A stretch of 64,000 nt of DNA from Candidatus Omnitrophota bacterium (GCA_042571405.1 JBHPHU010000003.1:3838-67837); one strand, 5' to 3'; positions 49,044-58,789 are shown, counted from the stretch's first letter. The notes: a model not told the origin generated them from the sequence alone. A program made the numbers and translations.

Positions 49044-49129
49044 GCCAGGTTTAAACCTGGCCCACTTGCTTGACCCGCCAAAAAGCTTGGCGAGGTCTGC
49101 GTGAAGTCTGCCTTTTTGGCAGACTTCAC
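49043..49129. repeat. Three consecutive palindromes
   Basis: GGCCAGGTTTAAACCTGGCC; CGCCAA-N5-TTGGCG; GTGAAGTCTGCC-T5-GGCAGACTTCAC. Confidence 0.75.
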
Positions 49130-49181
49130 TTGACATCAAAATGGTTTATGTTATACTTATAGTATAGTTTATAAAAGAATT
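49130..49181 (+). promoter_or_regulatory. Promoter of the LRP-motif gene cluster, copy B
   Basis: TTGACA-16-TATACT-TATAGTATAGTTTATAAAAGAATT; 28/30 identical to 46085-46114. Confidence 0.7.
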
Positions 49182-49402
49182 AAAACTATTATTAGCATAC
49201 AGATATAGAGAAAACTACGCCATGGGGTTCTATGAGTATGTCAAATTTGAAAAGAGTGTATAGACAGGTATGGTTTTGTCTGGCTTTTTATTTAGATTTT
49301 AAGAATATTTCGGGCATTGCCCCTTTTTTGAGCAAGGCCTCTCTCCCATGGCAGAGGACTACTCTGTTATAAATATGGGGCATGTCCGATAGCGAGGAGC
49401 GT

Positions 49403-52400
49403 ATGATTAAAAAGATTATCTCACTCATTGTGGTGTATGTATTTCTTATAGCAGGGACAGGATATCCTGCTGTATTTAGCAATGGAAAATTAAGACCTGC
49501 TATGGAATTCGGAAGAAGCACTGATGATGGGCTTGAAACGATAACTAGAGAATTCGACAAATTATTGAAGCACTGGAAGAAGGTGGCGCGGCTATTAGAA
49601 GAATCCCCTTTTTCCAATGTAATGCCTATATATAAAAATCTCTATGAATTTAGCACAAGGCCATGGTTTAAGTATAGCACGAAGCTTAAAAAACTTTTTA
49701 ACATGATAGACAAGGATCTTTGGAGGGAATATAAAGATAAACCGCATTTATTCATAGAAAAGGTCAGCATGGAAAAATGGAAATATATTACCAGAGATGA
49801 TGATTTCATAAAACTCTATAAAGAAGCAGTAAAATCATACGCCTCATATACAGGTTCAGGCAAAATAGCGCAGGGCATAGACCCTGCGGCAGAGCTGTTT
49901 TTCAAGGCCGGCCAGAATAAGCACGAGCCCATGTGGTTAAAGTTACGGATTACGGCAAATGTCTTGTTGCGACATGGGTCAAGCCAGACTCCGGATGACA
50001 TAAGAGAAGAAGTCGAGAACACGCTGAAGGCTCACAATCTTATACATAAAGACGCTGTTATTAAAACAGAGGAAGTGGAGTACTTTTTGGAACAGCTTGC
50101 CTCTGTCAGGCTGATCGGTAAGAGAGTTGAAAAGCTGACTGATTTAGATAGACAGATGGGACTATATAGCATAGAAACCAGAACAGCCTATATTGTTAAT
50201 AACGAAAGCAGATTGGCTATTTGGGCAAATGACTGGGAGTATATAGGAAATGAGATAAAAGAAGTAATAGAAAATAAAGAGGAGCTTAAAGCCAGGCTTT
50301 TGGAATACGAAAGCATCTGTGAGCAGTTATGGCCCAATTATTTTGTTGAAGATTTCAATGCAGTGATGTTTGCGGCTGCCGGATTGGATCCGGATATGCA
50401 GAAGATTTTGCTTGAGAAGATATCTGATTTCGAGACAGACGACCCTGCTGATTTTTATAATCATCGTATATTTGATGATATAAGGCTTACGCTCCTGCCT
50501 TCATCAGGCATTAGTTCTGATTGGCTAAAGCATTACGCGTCTAATCTTATAGGAAAGACACTGGTTATTGTTAGTCCGGAGATCTCATATCATAAAGGCG
50601 GGCTTGCCCATGTGCTTAATGATGAGACTATAGCTATGCTGCGTTTTGCCAAGACGCATGGTTTAAGCGTTGTCTGGGTTGAACCATATTATAAGGATTC
50701 CGAAGGAGATAGAGAACGTGTAAAGGAATTTGAAGTCATGTATAAAGGCATCCCAATCGCAACAGAGATATATAAATGCAATAAGGTATTTAATATCCCT
50801 AATGAAGAAGGAGAAATAGAGACTTTTGAAATACCTACTTATCAGATCCGGGACAAAGGCCACAAACTTATACACACGATATATAAGTATAAAGAGCCAG
50901 GCAAGGACGGACCTGACAGGCCTGTTACGCTTTTTGAATTCTCCAATTTTTTTCCGCAGTCCGTAGTCGAAGCGCTTAATCTTATGCTTAATGAGGGCAA
51001 TGGAGACTGGAAGAATCCTGTTATTTTGCCTCAAGATGGACAATGTCTATCTTTTTCGTTCTGGAGACGCTGGATGTATGCTTTTAATAAAAGCACATAT
51101 AAATTATTGAAAAGTGTGCCTGTTATAGGAAGGACACACACTTATAAAAATAGAGGCAGGATTTGGTTTGATAGTCTGGAAGATGCGCATAAGTTTTTGG
51201 ATAAACAGCTCCATGGTTTATCCAGGGCATATCATCATTATTGGATAGGAAAGGATGTCAATGGACAAGGCCAACCAAAGTATGTAGTTGATTTGAGCAG
51301 TTCGGGTTTGCGGACCAGCGAAGCTGTGACTGGTGTGGCGCGAATACATGTTTTTGAGATGAATCCTCTTGATCCGCGGAATATTGAAAAAAGCGTGACA
51401 AATGGTGATGAGCTTGGCCGTACTGCTGAACTGTTTAATAAAACAGCAAGAGCGCTATACAAAGATTTAATATCAAAGACCATTGATTACCTGGCTCCCG
51501 ATAGAATAAAGAGGATCAAAAAAGAGAGAAAAAGATCTCTTGTAAGGATACTCGAAAAGAAAACAGAAGGTGTTCATGGATATATGAAAATTAATACCGA
51601 CGAGATCACTCTTACTGCCGCATTAAGAGGGGTTCCTGAAAAGCTTCCTATGGGGCCTGAGATTTCAGACAAGTACAATATGGACATAAAGATGGCACCT
51701 GCATGGACGCCCGGAAATATAAGAGAATGGGTAAAGCAAGGTGTTCAGATCGTTATTTTTGGGAACAGGCAGGAGTATGGGGACAGTGAACATATTTGTG
51801 ATGAATTAAAGGCATTGGCTGAAGAGATCAAGCTTGATAAAGAAACGAACAAAGAAAATTCTAGTTACGCAAAAGGTACGTTTATATTTGTAGACAAATT
51901 TACACCAGGAGAAAAGCGCGCCTTGCTTTCAGCTGCGGATATACAGATGCTTATTTCGGCAAGAGAGAAGACCAAAGGCACTGAGGCAGCTGGGTTGAGC
52001 GAGACAAATTCAGCAGGTAATTATTCGATAACCATAGGTCCTGTGTGGATAGAGGGCATTTTAAATAGCGCTCCATTGATTAATTTTGATAAGCCTGGAA
52101 TGGGAGGCACTGTAACACCCTATGCTGATACAGAAGGGGCGTATTTTAATACAGTTATGCGGCTTGTTAAGCAATATAAGGAAAATTATGAAGATTTTGC
52201 TAAAAATCAGCAGGCTGCAAGAGTTTTAAATCAGACTATGAAGATAGCCAGGACAGGCGCGGCATATTTGAGGTTTTATAATGATGTAGTAATGGATAAA
52301 GAGACTTTTGATATTGAGTTAGAATATCGTAATCCTGTCTTGACCAAAGCAGGGGTGGAGTTAAATGGTATATATGTTGGAAAGTTAAGCCCTGAGCTTG

Positions 52401-52741
52401 ATGAGGATAATATTAGCAAAGGCATAGTTACTGTAGAAGCTGAATTGTTTCTCTCTCCCGGGGTCCAGCCTCCGGAAGTAGCGGTTAATACCAACGTAGA
52501 CGCAGATCCAAAAAAAGATAATTGGGAAGAACATGTTCTTAAACTTGACAGCTTTGATGGTCATAGAGCTGTATACAGTCTTGAAATAAAGGCTCATCCT
52601 GACAGGAAGAATGCTGCATTAACATGGAGGCTTGGCCCTGGCGGGTGGCTCGCGGATGTATATTCTGATGCTAAAATAATTATAGAACAGAGTATTAGTA
52701 CCACGGCCCAAACTATTAAAGAAATAAATATTGATTTGTAA
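49403..52741 (+). CDS. Signal peptide + LRP protein, divergent alpha-glucan phosphorylase / GT-B enzyme
   Basis: Start ATG 49403 after GAGGAG; LRP aa 30-32; DUF3417-like LFNMIDKDLW..P; SPE..KGGL; EAAGLSETNSAGN. Confidence 0.7.
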   Translation: MIKKIISLIVVYVFLIAGTGYPAVFSNGKLRPAMEFGRSTDDGLETITREFDKLLKHWKKVARLLEESPFSNVMPIYKNLYEFSTRPWFKYSTKLKKLFNMIDKDLWREYKDKPHLFIEKVSMEKWKYITRDDDFIKLYKEAVKSYASYTGSGKIAQGIDPAAELFFKAGQNKHEPMWLKLRITANVLLRHGSSQTPDDIREEVENTLKAHNLIHKDAVIKTEEVEYFLEQLASVRLIGKRVEKLTDLDRQMGLYSIETRTAYIVNNESRLAIWANDWEYIGNEIKEVIENKEELKARLLEYESICEQLWPNYFVEDFNAVMFAAAGLDPDMQKILLEKISDFETDDPADFYNHRIFDDIRLTLLPSSGISSDWLKHYASNLIGKTLVIVSPEISYHKGGLAHVLNDETIAMLRFAKTHGLSVVWVEPYYKDSEGDRERVKEFEVMYKGIPIATEIYKCNKVFNIPNEEGEIETFEIPTYQIRDKGHKLIHTIYKYKEPGKDGPDRPVTLFEFSNFFPQSVVEALNLMLNEGNGDWKNPVILPQDGQCLSFSFWRRWMYAFNKSTYKLLKSVPVIGRTHTYKNRGRIWFDSLEDAHKFLDKQLHGLSRAYHHYWIGKDVNGQGQPKYVVDLSSSGLRTSEAVTGVARIHVFEMNPLDPRNIEKSVTNGDELGRTAELFNKTARALYKDLISKTIDYLAPDRIKRIKKERKRSLVRILEKKTEGVHGYMKINTDEITLTAALRGVPEKLPMGPEISDKYNMDIKMAPAWTPGNIREWVKQGVQIVIFGNRQEYGDSEHICDELKALAEEIKLDKETNKENSSYAKGTFIFVDKFTPGEKRALLSAADIQMLISAREKTKGTEAAGLSETNSAGNYSITIGPVWIEGILNSAPLINFDKPGMGGTVTPYADTEGAYFNTVMRLVKQYKENYEDFAKNQQAARVLNQTMKIARTGAAYLRFYNDVVMDKETFDIELEYRNPVLTKAGVELNGIYVGKLSPELDEDNISKGIVTVEAELFLSPGVQPPEVAVNTNVDADPKKDNWEEHVLKLDSFDGHRAVYSLEIKAHPDRKNAALTWRLGPGGWLADVYSDAKIIIEQSISTTAQTIKEINIDL

Positions 52742-52767
52742 TTCACATTATTTATGGGAACTAAAAT

Positions 52768-54402
52768 ATGCTTAACAAGATAATTTCGCTTATTATATTG
52801 CAGGTATTTTTGGTTACGACCTTGGGGAGTACTGCGCCTTTGCAGGAGACGACTCTCAGGCCTATGATGGCATTCAGTGGCAACTACGCAGAGCTTTTGA
52901 TCGAAGGAGCAGAGAAATTTTATAGGGCAGGGGAATACGAAAAGGCATTTGAGGGACTTATAAATGCTTTGGAAAATATGGATAAGGCAGATGCTGAGAA
53001 AGTATCTAAGAGTGTGACAACTATTCTTAAAGAATCAAGCAAGCTTATTAATGACATGGTCGACTATCTTGGTGAGTTGTTGGATTCTGATGATTTACAA
53101 CCTATTAGAGATATGCAGGATCAGGCCCAAGTGATTTCCATGACATTGACCACAGCCTCTAATAGAAATTTTGACACGAAAATTATCATTGGTTTGCTTA
53201 AAAATATGGTTATGTTTTCGGATTTTGTTAAAAATGAAATAAATAATATTGAGATCAATCTTGGCGAAGATAAAGATACCGAAACAGAAAAAGCAAAACA
53301 AACTAAGGGTTATGTCTTTGTATGTTCTTTAAAAATAATAAAGACAGGATTTGAGATTTTTGAAGCAAGAAAAAGTACAGAAAATACGATATCTGAAACA
53401 GATCTTTTGGATTTGTCTGAGAAGTTTTATAGGGAACGCTCGCATATGGAAGCTTTCAATGTTTTAAGTGAAATATCATCTGGCCTTACATCCAGGGCGG
53501 ATGTAAATTATAAGTGCAGAGAAATAGGTCAAAAGCTCCACGATATTAACAATGCCCTGACTACTGTGTTTGGTGGGTGGTATTTATTGGGAATAGATTC
53601 TCTGGAGGTGGACGAAGAAGATAGGGATATACTTAATTATATGGATATTCAAAATAGGAAGCTTACAAAATTACGCGAATCAATTTTACAGATATTGAGG
53701 CTTAAAGAAATGCCGTTTAAGATTAAAAAATATTTTTTATACGATGCTATCATGTTGTTAGGAGAGCATGTGGTCCTTTGTAATTATATCATAAACAATT
53801 TCCCTATTTCTTTTACCAAGGAAGACGACATCTACAATTTTGAATCTTTTATTTTAAATGGTTTAAAAAAGACAATTTCTATAGCGGTGTCTGATCTTGT
53901 CGAAGAAGAACAAGCCATGGTTGATGTATATCAGGTGCTAATTGAAATTCAACAGTTCTTCCAATTGGAATACGATGAGTTTACGATTGAGGTTGATGAA
54001 AGTTTGGCATTTTTTCCAAAAGTTTATTCTAGAAAAACAGAAATTGAAAGAGTTTTTCGTAATCTAATTTTCAATGCTCCTATTCATGGAGGAGTTGATT
54101 TTTCTAAGGTTAAAATTTCGGGAGAACCAACCGAAGAAAATATTAAAATCACAATAGAAGATAATGGCGTGGGTATTGATTCTGAACGGGGAAATATTTA
54201 CGATTATGCTAATACTGATGGAGAAGGGTCAGGTATGGGCCTTTCTAGCGTAAAAGGGCTCTTAAGAAAATATAACGCTACAATAAGACAAGGAAAGAGT
54301 TCAGAATTAAAAGGTGCAAAGTTTACAGTTACCTTTCCTGTGAATGGAGCTAGTTTGCAGAATAAAGTATCAAAGTCGGCAGTATTAAATGAGTGCATAT
54401 AA
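52768..54402 (+). CDS. Signal peptide + LRP protein with histidine kinase core
   Basis: LRP aa 30-32; H box LHDINNALT, N box NLIFNA, G1 EDNGVGI, G2 GSGMGL, GAKFTVTFP. Confidence 0.8.
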   Translation: MLNKIISLIILQVFLVTTLGSTAPLQETTLRPMMAFSGNYAELLIEGAEKFYRAGEYEKAFEGLINALENMDKADAEKVSKSVTTILKESSKLINDMVDYLGELLDSDDLQPIRDMQDQAQVISMTLTTASNRNFDTKIIIGLLKNMVMFSDFVKNEINNIEINLGEDKDTETEKAKQTKGYVFVCSLKIIKTGFEIFEARKSTENTISETDLLDLSEKFYRERSHMEAFNVLSEISSGLTSRADVNYKCREIGQKLHDINNALTTVFGGWYLLGIDSLEVDEEDRDILNYMDIQNRKLTKLRESILQILRLKEMPFKIKKYFLYDAIMLLGEHVVLCNYIINNFPISFTKEDDIYNFESFILNGLKKTISIAVSDLVEEEQAMVDVYQVLIEIQQFFQLEYDEFTIEVDESLAFFPKVYSRKTEIERVFRNLIFNAPIHGGVDFSKVKISGEPTEENIKITIEDNGVGIDSERGNIYDYANTDGEGSGMGLSSVKGLLRKYNATIRQGKSSELKGAKFTVTFPVNGASLQNKVSKSAVLNECI

Positions 54403-54423
54403 AGTTTTTCTAATATATGTTTT

Positions 54424-56325
54424 ATGCAAAAAAGATTTATTAAGCTCATATCATTTGTTACGATAGTGTTTTTATATATTACTGCAGCATATCCTGCCGA
54501 GACTGAAAAATTTCCAAATATACATAAGTTAAGGCCAGCGATAGGTGGATATGAAGACATAGAGAGTCTTTATTATTCTAGTTTCAGGAAAGATCTTATC
54601 AATGGTAAGACTTTTCGCATATTTGAAGTATTTGAGACAAAATCAGGCAACCTTACCAAAGATACAGCAGTAAAATTAATTGATACGGCGCATAAATTAT
54701 ATCTTTCGCGTAGAAAGGATTTAAGAGGAAAAACAGAATTTAAGGACCTATTGGAAAAAATGGAATATATATTGCATAGCTTTATATATGGGGCCATTGC
54801 TTATGAGTTAAATCAGCGCCCTGAAGGAAATAAGGCGCTAAAAGAGATCTTTTTTTTAACTGAAAAAAGGTTAGCAGAGCCTATAATAAAAGAATATTTT
54901 GATGAATTAGATAGCATCCCGAACGAAAAAGACAAGCCTGAAAAAATAATAGAGTATCTTATTGGTAATGACGAGTATAGCATTAAAGGGTTTTTTGAAA
55001 TAGCGCTCTTAAATGCAGAATTTGTTTCTAAGAATGCTATTGCAAATCTAGAGAGCATGCTGGGCAATGACAAGAAGAACGCAATTAATAAGACGGTGAA
55101 TTCTATCATTGAATCGGTAGAAGAGATTCAAGGTTTAGAAAAACTAGAGAGAGACTCTAAAATAACTATTCAAGACGACTTAAAGAATTTTGTGGATGAC
55201 GCTATATTAAATTTTAAGCAACTCAATCATGAAGAAGTATCTAAAGCTATTCTCAATATAGACAATAAACTTGCCAGTCGTGACTTAACAGGAGACTTTC
55301 GATATTCAGATCTATATGATGAAAAGAACACATCTCTTTCATTTTTCAGATTATTGCCTGCGTTGGCGGCAGAGGCATATATAATAGATTCAACTGATAA
55401 TGAATATATAGAGTTCTTATCTGTCTTAGAAAATTCAGGCATGAAAGAACGCTACAGGAACAAGGCATTGGAAGCCCTATTGGCTTTTCAGGCATTAAAG
55501 TTAAAACAGAACAATAAACCATGCGCAGCTGTTAGGATCAGGCTTGGGTTGGGAGAGTTATGGAGCTATCTTAACAACGGCTATGTTTATAATATCAGGC
55601 ATATACCCCCTTTGCCACCCATAGTCGAGAAATTAGATAAGTTTATAGAGAGACTTTCTGTTTTAAGAGAACTGAAAGAAATACGTGGAATACCTAATGG
55701 TGTTAAAAGCAAAAAACTCATATCAGGTTACGCGCGCAAGTTAAAAAACCTGGGCATAAATATAACAGAAATTTTATACAAGAACGAGAAACAGCTTATA
55801 AGTGAGAAAAGCAGGATATTGAAACAAGTCAATTTAATAAAATTGGAAATGATAAGTAATTTCCTGCAGGATAAGTACGTAGAGACTTTGCAGTCTATGA
55901 AAGAAATGACAGAGCTTGTTAAAGCAGACATAAAAGCTGCTATGTACGTAGCTACCCCTTCAGATATTAAAAAATTATTACCGGTCTTATTGGCCCAAAG
56001 CATTATAGTAAATTCAACAGTAAAGGAGTACCGGGATTTTGTAGATACTTTGAATGTTTTTGGATATTCTAAGAATGAGGCTATGGGGGAGTTGAGAAAA
56101 TTAGTGGTTACCCAGGCATTGAAGAGCAATAATCTTCTTACTGATCCTGCCGCCGAGTTTTTAAGAATTCCAGCAATAATGTTACGTGACCTTTTAGAGG
56201 ACGAATATATCTCTATAATCTCCAATATACCTATTTCACTGGATGCTCCAAGAATAGACTTTGAACAATTAAAGGCGCACAAGATAATAAGAAACAGTAA
56301 AAACTCTACTGCATATTTCCTTTGA
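54424..56325 (+). CDS. Signal peptide + LRP helical protein with internal duplication
   Basis: LRP aa 36-38; two LLP.L.A...I..ST..EY..F...L...G...QALK units. Confidence 0.7.
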   Translation: MQKRFIKLISFVTIVFLYITAAYPAETEKFPNIHKLRPAIGGYEDIESLYYSSFRKDLINGKTFRIFEVFETKSGNLTKDTAVKLIDTAHKLYLSRRKDLRGKTEFKDLLEKMEYILHSFIYGAIAYELNQRPEGNKALKEIFFLTEKRLAEPIIKEYFDELDSIPNEKDKPEKIIEYLIGNDEYSIKGFFEIALLNAEFVSKNAIANLESMLGNDKKNAINKTVNSIIESVEEIQGLEKLERDSKITIQDDLKNFVDDAILNFKQLNHEEVSKAILNIDNKLASRDLTGDFRYSDLYDEKNTSLSFFRLLPALAAEAYIIDSTDNEYIEFLSVLENSGMKERYRNKALEALLAFQALKLKQNNKPCAAVRIRLGLGELWSYLNNGYVYNIRHIPPLPPIVEKLDKFIERLSVLRELKEIRGIPNGVKSKKLISGYARKLKNLGINITEILYKNEKQLISEKSRILKQVNLIKLEMISNFLQDKYVETLQSMKEMTELVKADIKAAMYVATPSDIKKLLPVLLAQSIIVNSTVKEYRDFVDTLNVFGYSKNEAMGELRKLVVTQALKSNNLLTDPAAEFLRIPAIMLRDLLEDEYISIISNIPISLDAPRIDFEQLKAHKIIRNSKNSTAYFL

Positions 56326-56374
56326 TTTTTCAGAGGGATTAGGGTATATTGGGTCTGAGACAGGAGAGAGAAGC

Positions 56375-56869
56375 GTGTTTTACGAAGAGGTTTTTAGAGA
56401 GTTGAATAGAAATAGGGTGAGGTATGTTGTGGCCGGAGGTGTTGCTGTAAATCTTCATGGCGTGCCTCGGGTTACAGGGGATTTGGATCTGCTGATACAT
56501 CTGGACGAGAAGAATGTTTCTAAATTTTCCAAAACAATGAAAACGTTAGGATATAAACCTAAGGCTCCAGTCAGTATAGAAGATTTTGGTATAATAGAAA
56601 ATAGGAAAAAATGGATTGAAGAGAAAGACATGAAGGTGTTTTCTTTGTGTAATATAAAGATGCCCTATATCATAATAGATATTTTTGTTGAAAACCCTAT
56701 AGAGTTTAAGAAATTATATGATAATAGGATTAATATTTCTGTGGGTGAATTTAAGATTCCTATTGTTTCAATTGAGCATCTTATTAAGTTAAAAAAGATA
56801 GCCGGGCGTAAGCAGGATCTTTCAGATATTGTGTCTTTGAGAAGATTGAAGGAGCTGAGAAAGAGATGA
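56375..56869 (+). CDS. Nucleotidyltransferase-fold protein (putative TA component)
   Basis: GGVAVNLHG.PRVTGDLD, LIKLKKIAGRKQD. Confidence 0.8.
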   Translation: MFYEEVFRELNRNRVRYVVAGGVAVNLHGVPRVTGDLDLLIHLDEKNVSKFSKTMKTLGYKPKAPVSIEDFGIIENRKKWIEEKDMKVFSLCNIKMPYIIIDIFVENPIEFKKLYDNRINISVGEFKIPIVSIEHLIKLKKIAGRKQDLSDIVSLRRLKELRKR

Positions 56870-57045
56870 GCGGTACAAGAAAAGGATTTAGTTATTATCT
56901 GGAAGATGATAAGATTATAGAATACCTGAAATTGCCACCGCGTGTTCGTTTAGAATGGTTAGAAGAAATATTTGAATTTAACCGTAAGGCACTAAAGGGA
57001 AAAAGAAAGAAAATCTGGCAGGCATTAAGGATGGGAGAGGTATGA
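56866..57045 (+). CDS. 59-aa partner protein (not in the ORF track)
   Basis: [34 protein letters not shown]...GEV*; ATGA overlaps with both neighbours. Confidence 0.7.
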   Translation: MSGTRKGFSYYLEDDKIIEYLKLPPRVRLEWLEEIFEFNRKALKGKRKKIWQALRMGEV

Positions 57046-57797
57046 TGGAAAATATAAAATTAGTTCTGTTGCGTCACGGAGAAAGCACTTGGAATAAGGA
57101 AAATAAATTTACCGGGTGGACTGATGTGGATCTGTCAGAGAAAGGTATTGAGGAGGCCAAGGAGTCTGGCCGGGTTTTGAAAAAAGAAGGCTATGTGTTT
57201 GATGTCGCGTTTACGTCTGTGCTTAAAAGGGCCATAAGGACTTTGTGGTTTGCGTTGGATGAGATGGATCTTATGTGGATCCCTGTTTATCGTTCGTGGC
57301 GGCTTAATGAGAGGCATTATGGCGCGCTTCAAGGACTGAATAAATCAGAGACAGCCAAGAAATTCGGAGACGATCAGGTGCTTATCTGGCGTAGAAGTTA
57401 TGACATTCCTCCTGATGCATTGAAAAAAGATGATCCCAGGTATCCTGGTAATGAGCCTAGATATAAAGATCTGGATATAAAAGATGTTCCTTTAACAGAG
57501 TGTTTAAAAGATACAGTAGAGAGATTTCTGCCGTATTGGAACGAGACTATCGCGCCCACCATAAAGTCCGGCAAAAAGGTCCTTGTGGCTGCTCATGGAA
57601 ATAGCTTGAGGGCATTGGTAAAACATTTAGACAAGGTATCAGATAAGGATATAGTGAGTTTAAATATCCCTACAGGCATACCTTTAGTATATGAACTCAA
57701 TCCGGACTTGACCCCCATAAAACATTATTATCTCGGAGACCCTGATAAGATAAAAAAGGCCATGTCATCCGTGGCTAACCAGGGCAAATCCAAGTGA
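57042..57797 (+). CDS. gpmA: 2,3-BPG-dependent phosphoglycerate mutase
   Basis: [31 protein letters not shown]. Confidence 0.96.
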   Translation: MMENIKLVLLRHGESTWNKENKFTGWTDVDLSEKGIEEAKESGRVLKKEGYVFDVAFTSVLKRAIRTLWFALDEMDLMWIPVYRSWRLNERHYGALQGLNKSETAKKFGDDQVLIWRRSYDIPPDALKKDDPRYPGNEPRYKDLDIKDVPLTECLKDTVERFLPYWNETIAPTIKSGKKVLVAAHGNSLRALVKHLDKVSDKDIVSLNIPTGIPLVYELNPDLTPIKHYYLGDPDKIKKAMSSVANQGKSK

Positions 57798-57803
57798 AAT
57801 AAG

Positions 57804-57905
57804 CACAAAGAGCCACAAGTCGTAAGCCACAAGCAACCTTGTGACTTGTGCACTTGTGGCTTGTGCACTTTTATGCACTTTTATGCCCAGTGCACTTTTA
57901 TGCCC
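57804..57905. repeat. Short-unit tandem/inverted repeat tract
   Basis: GCCACAAG units facing CTTGTGAC/CTTGTGGC units, then GCACTTTTAT x3. Confidence 0.7.
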
Positions 57906-57961
57906 TTGACGGTTTGAGAATCATAGGGTATACTTCTTCGTCTAGAGAAAGGGGGTAGTTT

Positions 57962-58636
57962 ATGGATTGGAATTCTGTGGTAATGGAGCCAGTAAAAGAA
58001 ATGCTGGCGAGGGTGGCTGGATTTTTGCCTACGTTTGTAGGTGTCCTTGTAATATTGATAGCTGGATGGATCATAGCCGGGGCATTAAAGAACGTAGTAA
58101 TAAAGGTATTAAAGTTGATCCAGCTTGATACTGCAAGTGAAAAATCAGGGCTTGGCGATATTCTTCGCCGCGGCGGCATAAGGCAGACAGTTTCGGAACT
58201 CATCGGCGCACTTATCTATTGGCTTATAATGTTAATGGTATTTATGACTGCTTTGAATGCCCTTGGTATGACAGTAGCAGCGGCATTGCTGGACAAGGTA
58301 ATTCTTTATATACCTAACGTTATAGCAGCGATGTTTATTTTGTCTCTTGGTATATTTTTCTCCAGCATGATCGGTACTATAGTGCGTACCGCTTCTAGTA
58401 ACGCTGGTATTACACAGGCAAAATTTCTTGGTCAGCTCACGCAGACAGTGATTATGATATTTGCTGCCATAATAACACTTGAGCAGTTAAATATCGCTTC
58501 CAGCGTGTTGAATCTCACTATCAATATCATTCTTGCTTCACTGGGCTTGGCTCTGGCTATAGCAGTAGGCCTGGGTTCAAAAGATATTGCTGGTAAGATG
58601 ATGCAGGAACTTGTAAATAAGATGAAAGGCAAATAA
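57962..58636 (+). CDS. Conserved TM-helix repeat protein (CmpX/MscS-associated type)
   Basis: FLP.FVG.LVILIAGWIIA, YIPNVIAA, AIAVGLG. Confidence 0.8.
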   Translation: MDWNSVVMEPVKEMLARVAGFLPTFVGVLVILIAGWIIAGALKNVVIKVLKLIQLDTASEKSGLGDILRRGGIRQTVSELIGALIYWLIMLMVFMTALNALGMTVAAALLDKVILYIPNVIAAMFILSLGIFFSSMIGTIVRTASSNAGITQAKFLGQLTQTVIMIFAAIITLEQLNIASSVLNLTINIILASLGLALAIAVGLGSKDIAGKMMQELVNKMKGK

Positions 58637-58719
58637 CGCAGATTCTCGCCCCGTACTAAAATTATTAATTTGTTAAATTTTGGTACGGGGCTCGCGACTC
58701 TAACGTGAATTGATTGGAT

Positions 58720-58751
58720 GCCCTGTCCGCCTTAGGCGGACAGGGCTTTTT
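58720..58751 (+). terminator. Intrinsic terminator built on the CCGCCTTAGGCGG core
   Basis: GCCCTGTCCGCC-TTA-GGCGGACAGGGC-TTTTT. Confidence 0.75.
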
Positions 58752-58789
58752 GTTGACACGATAATAAGACTTCTATACAATAAAACGTA

